Positions 16,374 through 20,269 of a stretch of DNA of 20,269 nucleotides are shown piece after piece. Positions within the stretch are counted from its first letter, which is position 1; each line of letters starts with the position of its first letter. A program made the translations under genes and the position numbers. The stretch is from a candidate division WOR-3 bacterium (GTDB lineage Bacteria > Hydrothermota > Tepidihabitantia > Tepidihabitantales > Tepidihabitantaceae). Below the pieces are notes generated by a model, which saw only the letters and a program-made list of their open reading frames with translations, searched no databases and was not told the origin of the DNA. Location: the NCBI GenBank assembly GCA_965648935.1, contig CBFGIY010000044.1, positions 1 to 20,269 of the forward strand. Direction: 5' to 3'.

Positions 16374-17522
16374 CTACTTGCGGAAGCCGCCGGCGAACTG
16401 GGAGCCGGGCTTGCCCGGCTGCTGGGCCGACTTGGCGCCGAACTCGATGAGCTCGCGGAAACCCTTGGGGTCGAAGGCCGATGCGATGGCGGTCTCGTAG
16501 GTGACCTTGTTTCCGCGGTAGAGGTCGGCCAGATAGGCGTCGAACGAGACGCTGCCCTCGGCCGTGCCGGTCTGTATGGCGGAAGGCAGGTGTTCGACCT
16601 TGCGCTCGCGGATGAGGTTGCGCACGGCCGGGGTCGCGACCATGATCTCGTAGCAGCCGACCCGGCCCTTGCCCCCGGCCTTGACCAGCAGGCGCTGGGA
16701 GAAAACCGCGAGCAGCGAGATGGAGAACTGAATTCGGATCTGGTCGCGGATTTCCGGCGGGAAGATGTCGATGAAGCGGGTAACGGTTTCGGCGGCGTTG
16801 GTCGTGTGCAGCGTGCCGATGACCAAGTGGCCCGATTCGGCGGCCCAGATGGTCGCTTCGGCGGTGGCCAGGTCTCGGATTTCGGCGACGAGGATGACGT
16901 TGGGGTTCGACCGCAGGCCTTTCATGATGGCCTCGCGGAACGAGGACACGTCGATGCCGACCTCGCGCTGGGTCACGAGCCCGTTCTTGTGCTCGTGCGG
17001 GAACTCGATCGGGTCCTCGATGGTCAGCACGTGGCGCGGGCTTTCGAGGATGTAGTCAACGAACGTCGCCTGAGTCGTGGTCTTGCCCTGACCGGTCGGC
17101 CCGGTCACGAGGATGAGCCCGTGGGGCCGGTCGAGCAGGTTCTTGATGCGCGGCACGAGGTGGGTCGAGAAGAACAGCTCCTCGAAAGGCACGATGCGGC
17201 GCGGGATGAGGCGCAGGGCCATCCCGAAGTAGCCCTTTTGCTTGTACACCGCGACGCGGAAACGGGCCATGTTCTTGTAGTTGAGAGCGAAGTCGCCGCC
17301 GCCGCCGTTGTCAATCTGGGCGCGCAGGTGCTTCAAGTCCTTGGTTGCGATGTTCTTGAAGCTCTCGGTCATGTCCGGCGTGAGCACCGGGCACTGCTCG
17401 ACCGCGTGCAGGTAACCGTCGAGTCTCAGCGTGGGAGGACGACCGACAGTGAGGTGCAGGTCCGACGCGTTGCGCTTGATGCACTCGGCGAGGAGCGAAT
17501 CGAAGAATTCTTCGTCGGTCAT
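16374..17522 (-). CDS. pilT: Type IV pilus retraction ATPase, PilT/PilU family
   Basis: ASDLHL, Walker A GPTGQGKTT, Asp box TIEDPIE, QREVG, Walker B-region VILVAEIRD, His box GHLVIGTLHT, PilT signature AVRNLIRE. Confidence 0.92.
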   Translation of the reverse strand: MTDEEFFDSLLAECIKRNASDLHLTVGRPPTLRLDGYLHAVEQCPVLTPDMTESFKNIATKDLKHLRAQIDNGGGGDFALNYKNMARFRVAVYKQKGYFGMALRLIPRRIVPFEELFFSTHLVPRIKNLLDRPHGLILVTGPTGQGKTTTQATFVDYILESPRHVLTIEDPIEFPHEHKNGLVTQREVGIDVSSFREAIMKGLRSNPNVILVAEIRDLATAEATIWAAESGHLVIGTLHTTNAAETVTRFIDIFPPEIRDQIRIQFSISLLAVFSQRLLVKAGGKGRVGCYEIMVATPAVRNLIRERKVEHLPSAIQTGTAEGSVSFDAYLADLYRGNKVTYETAIASAFDPKGFRELIEFGAKSAQQPGKPGSQFAGGFRK

Positions 17523-17531
17523 CCGATTGAA

Positions 17532-17559
17532 ATTATAGGGCTTGCACCCGGACTGTCAA
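17532..17559 (-). promoter_or_regulatory. Perfect-consensus sigma70 promoter of pilT, leaderless or near-leaderless
   Basis: Minus strand reads TTGACA (17559-17554), 16-bp spacer, TATAAT (17537-17532), 9 nt, ATG at 17522; no SD. Confidence 0.85.
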
Positions 17560-17567
17560 GGTATATG

Positions 17568-17612
17568 GGCGGCCTTGCCGGCAGGCCGCCGGTGGCCCTG
17601 CCGGCCGGCAGG
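17568..17612. repeat. Two adjacent GC-rich inverted repeats after the TonB receptor stop (possible terminator or mRNA stabiliser)
   Basis: GGCGGCCT-7nt-AGGCCGCC (17568-17590) and perfect palindrome CCTGCCGGCCGGCAGG (17597-17612); no U tract. Confidence 0.45.
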
Positions 17613-17627
17613 TATGCGCGTGCCGGG

Positions 17628-20084
17628 CTAGAACCCGTTTTCGCCGCCCATGTCGTCCATATCGTCGCTGCCGGCCTGGCGCTGGCGACGGTCAAGGCGG
17701 AAGTTGTTGAAGTTCCAGGTCAGGCTCAGTGAGGCAGAGGGCCATGACCTCTCGAACCGGTTGCGGGTGTAGAAGCTGTAGCCTGCCCCGCCCGAGGTTA
17801 GATCGTGACGCGACGCGCCGAAGAGGTCGCGCGCCGATAGCGCTATGGACAGGCGGCGGCCGAAAAACTGCTGGCGCAGCCCGACATCCGACATCAGGAA
17901 ACCCTCGGTGCGGCCCTGCGATGTGACCGTCGGGCTGCGGTATGAGACATTCACCTGGACCCGGGTGCCCCAGGGCAGTCGGAACTCGTTGCCCAGCCGG
18001 CCGCCCCAGTTGAAGCTCGAACGCTCGCGCCCGGCCGAGGTCAGCGTGTAGTCGTAGGTCGTGCCGGTGAGGTTGATTGTCCACCACTTTGCCGGCACCA
18101 GTTCCGAGGAAAGCTCGAGCCCGAGCGAGCGGTCCGACCCGACATTGGCCTGCCGGTGCAGGATGACTTCCGGCGCATAGACTTCGCGGATGTCCTCGAC
18201 GAGGTCGGTGGTGTTGCGCAGGTAGACATCGAGCGATACCCGGTTGGGGCCGAAGGGCAGGGTGGCGCCGGCCTCCAGAGAATTGATGCGCTCGGGCAGG
18301 AGCCGGGGGTTGCCCTGGCGCACGTTGAAGGCGTCCTGCCAGTACAGGAAGGGAAAGAGCTCCCAGCCGCGCGGCCGGCTGATGCGCCGGGCATAACTGG
18401 CCATCAGTTCGACATTGCCGGGCAGGCGGTAGGAAAGGTGCGCGGTCGGGAAGAGGTCAAACTGCCGGACCTGGTAGGTACTCTCGCCCGCCTTCACCGC
18501 GCGGTCGGTGTACTCGCCGCGCAGGCCGGCCTTGTACCCGAGCCGGCCAAAGTGGCCGGACAGGGTCGAGTAGAGCGAGTGAACGTCATTGGCCATCTCC
18601 ATCCGATAGGAGTAGTCGGGCCGCGTTATCCAGCCCGAGTCCGGCACGAAGGCTTCGGCCGCGCTGGTCAGTTTCGGCCCGCCCAGAGCGGCCTGGTATC
18701 CGGCCTCGAACTTGTCCGAGTTGTCGTCATCCCGGCCGAGCGGCAGTGTGTAATCGAGGTTGACCGTCCAGCGGTCGCCCGGGCCCGAGCCCTCGCTGCG
18801 CCAGCCGCTGGCCAGCGCGCCGGTCGAATCGGTGAGGGCGGTAACGGCGCGCGAGTCGTGGCCGCGCCGTCCGTACTCGAACCGGGCGGCCAGTTCGTGG
18901 GCGTCGCCGTTCTTGCGCGTCTCGGCGCCGAAGCGATGGCGCTGTTCGACGCTCAGGGACAGGTGGTTCCCGGAGCGGTCGGAGGTGTCGGCATTGGAGT
19001 AGCGGGCCGTGTCAGCCAGCCCGCCGGTCCGAAAACGCTCGAACTCGGTGATGCCGCTGCGGCCCATCGAGCGCAGACCGAAGCGCGAGCTGATCACCGT
19101 GCGGTCGCGCTCGGTCCACTGCAGTTCGGCGCCGAGCCGGGCGCCGCCGAACCCGCCGCCCCAGTTCGACTCGCCGCTGGACAGCAGCCAGGTCGTGTCG
19201 CCGGTCGTGTCGGCGGTCCACTGTTCCGAGTTGCGCGTGCCGGGCGACGCCCGGCGGTTGTAATCGAGGCCGAAGAGGAAGCTTGCGATGCCGGTGCGCC
19301 AGTTGAGCAGCAGGTCGCCGCCGTACCGGCCCCACAGCCCGCCGGTCGCGCTGGCCTGGCCCGAGAGCCCGGACCGGCGCTGCTTCTTCAGAATCAGGTT
19401 GATGATGCCGGACGTGCCTTCGGGGTCGTACTTGGCCGAAGGGTTGGTGATGATCTCGATGCGCTCGATCGAGCTGGCCGGGGTCTGCTGCAGCGCCTCG
19501 TCGGATTCCAGAAGGGTCGGCCGGCCGTCGATGAGAACGGTGAAGTTGCTCGAGCCGCGCAGGGTCACGTTGCCCTCGACGTCGACGTTCACCGAGGGGG
19601 CGTTCTCGATTATGTCAACGGCGGTGCCGGATATCGCGGCGCCCTGGCGCCCGACCTCGATGACCTTCTTGTCGATGCGATAGGAAAGCGTCGGCCGGTC
19701 GGCGGTCGCCTCGACGCCCTCGACCGCGACCGCGACCTGGCGCAGGTCGATGCGGCCGATGTCCACCCGCGCGTCGGGCGCGAGCTGGACGTCCTTCACG
19801 GTGCGCGGCCGGTAGCCGATGAACGAGACCTCGACCGTGTAGCGGCCGGGCGGCACGCCGGTCAGCGCAAACCGGCCGTCGGCGCGCGAGACCGTGCCGG
19901 TGACCTGCGACGAGTCGCGCTGGCGCAGCAGCACGATGTTGGCGTACTCGACCGGTTCGTTCAGCTCGGAATCATATACCTGACCTGATATTACGCCCTG
20001 CGCCGCGCCCGGGCCGGGCTGGGCGAGCGCGACAAGGGCGGCAGACGACAAAAGGACCGCAAGCAGAATTCGGCTGTTTTTCAT
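17628..20084 (-). CDS. TonB-dependent receptor (carboxypeptidase-regulatory-like N-domain + plug + outer membrane beta-barrel), Bacteroidota-like type
   Basis: Start placed at ATG 20084 (MKNSRILLAVLLSSAALVALA signal peptide). ISGQVYD...YANIVL...GRYTVEVSFIGY; plug IERIEIITNPSAKYDPEG-x-SGIINLILKK; barrel motifs GLRGEY, SYARRISRP, GNPRLLPE; terminal Phe. Confidence 0.9.
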   Translation of the reverse strand: MKNSRILLAVLLSSAALVALAQPGPGAAQGVISGQVYDSELNEPVEYANIVLLRQRDSSQVTGTVSRADGRFALTGVPPGRYTVEVSFIGYRPRTVKDVQLAPDARVDIGRIDLRQVAVAVEGVEATADRPTLSYRIDKKVIEVGRQGAAISGTAVDIIENAPSVNVDVEGNVTLRGSSNFTVLIDGRPTLLESDEALQQTPASSIERIEIITNPSAKYDPEGTSGIINLILKKQRRSGLSGQASATGGLWGRYGGDLLLNWRTGIASFLFGLDYNRRASPGTRNSEQWTADTTGDTTWLLSSGESNWGGGFGGARLGAELQWTERDRTVISSRFGLRSMGRSGITEFERFRTGGLADTARYSNADTSDRSGNHLSLSVEQRHRFGAETRKNGDAHELAARFEYGRRGHDSRAVTALTDSTGALASGWRSEGSGPGDRWTVNLDYTLPLGRDDDNSDKFEAGYQAALGGPKLTSAAEAFVPDSGWITRPDYSYRMEMANDVHSLYSTLSGHFGRLGYKAGLRGEYTDRAVKAGESTYQVRQFDLFPTAHLSYRLPGNVELMASYARRISRPRGWELFPFLYWQDAFNVRQGNPRLLPERINSLEAGATLPFGPNRVSLDVYLRNTTDLVEDIREVYAPEVILHRQANVGSDRSLGLELSSELVPAKWWTINLTGTTYDYTLTSAGRERSSFNWGGRLGNEFRLPWGTRVQVNVSYRSPTVTSQGRTEGFLMSDVGLRQQFFGRRLSIALSARDLFGASRHDLTSGGAGYSFYTRNRFERSWPSASLSLTWNFNNFRLDRRQRQAGSDDMDDMGGENGF

Positions 20085-20218
20085 AGGTATATGTTTGACA
20101 CGACAGCCGCCTGCAAGACTGCGGTCAGAGGCTGCGGCCGGGTCGTGCTGCGCCGTTGCGCCGTCCCGCAAGCCCCTCCATCTTCACACCTGTGTGGGGG
20201 GGGCGAGGGCTTGAGCGA

Positions 20219-20266
20219 CCACCACATCTGGTGGCTCGGCGCGGGTCGGCATCCCATATGTTGTGG
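20219..20266. promoter_or_regulatory. Tandem NrdR-box-like operator pair
   Basis: CCACCACATCTGGTGG (20219-20234) and ATCCCATATGTTGTGG (20251-20266) both keep the C-x-A-x-A-T-x-T-x-G core of the NrdR consensus acaCwAtATaTwGtg, offset by 32 bp. Confidence 0.7.
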
Positions 20267-20269
20267 GGG

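Noticed and set aside
18156..19988. 610-aa + strand ORF, and similar long antisense ORFs at 278-1582, 12657-13979 and 16590-17732
   Set aside because: These are antisense shadows of clearly identified genes.
20088..20116. Sigma70 promoter for the TonB receptor (minus-strand TTGCAG) or a divergent promoter (plus-strand TTGACA at 20095)
   Set aside because: Neither -35 candidate has a convincing TAnnnT at 16-18 bp.
1..20269. CRISPR array, tRNA/rRNA, transposase, integrase or defence genes
   Set aside because: I saw no regularly spaced direct repeats or matching motifs. Intergenic gaps are short and accounted for.

Overview
GC-rich bacterial chromosomal window with 16 supportable CDSs: 14 on the + strand (1-16280) and two on the - strand (pilT-family ATPase, TonB-dependent receptor). 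In order: a 5'-truncated multidomain secreted protein (clan CD caspase/legumain-like Cys protease, Lys-rich Kelch-like propeller, TolB-like propeller, FlgD-Ig/T9SS-type C-terminal domain); an iron-sulfur flavoprotein; a second CTD-bearing secreted protein; a PKD-like lipoprotein; a PLP class-V enzyme, SDR, O-methyltransferase and DedA/VTT run; a GT4-(alpha/alpha)6 fusion coupled to a GH130 enzyme; valS followed by OmpA-like, DUF5683-like and degenerate GATase-II genes; then pilT and a TonB-dependent receptor. The CTDs and receptor type suggest a diderm FCB-associated lineage such as candidate WOR-3 (inference only). Non-coding signals: four sigma70-like promoters all with 16-bp spacers, three of them placed to give leaderless mRNAs; a cUUCGg terminator; and tandem NrdR-like boxes 32 bp apart at the right edge. 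I saw no rRNA, tRNA, CRISPR array or mobile element.
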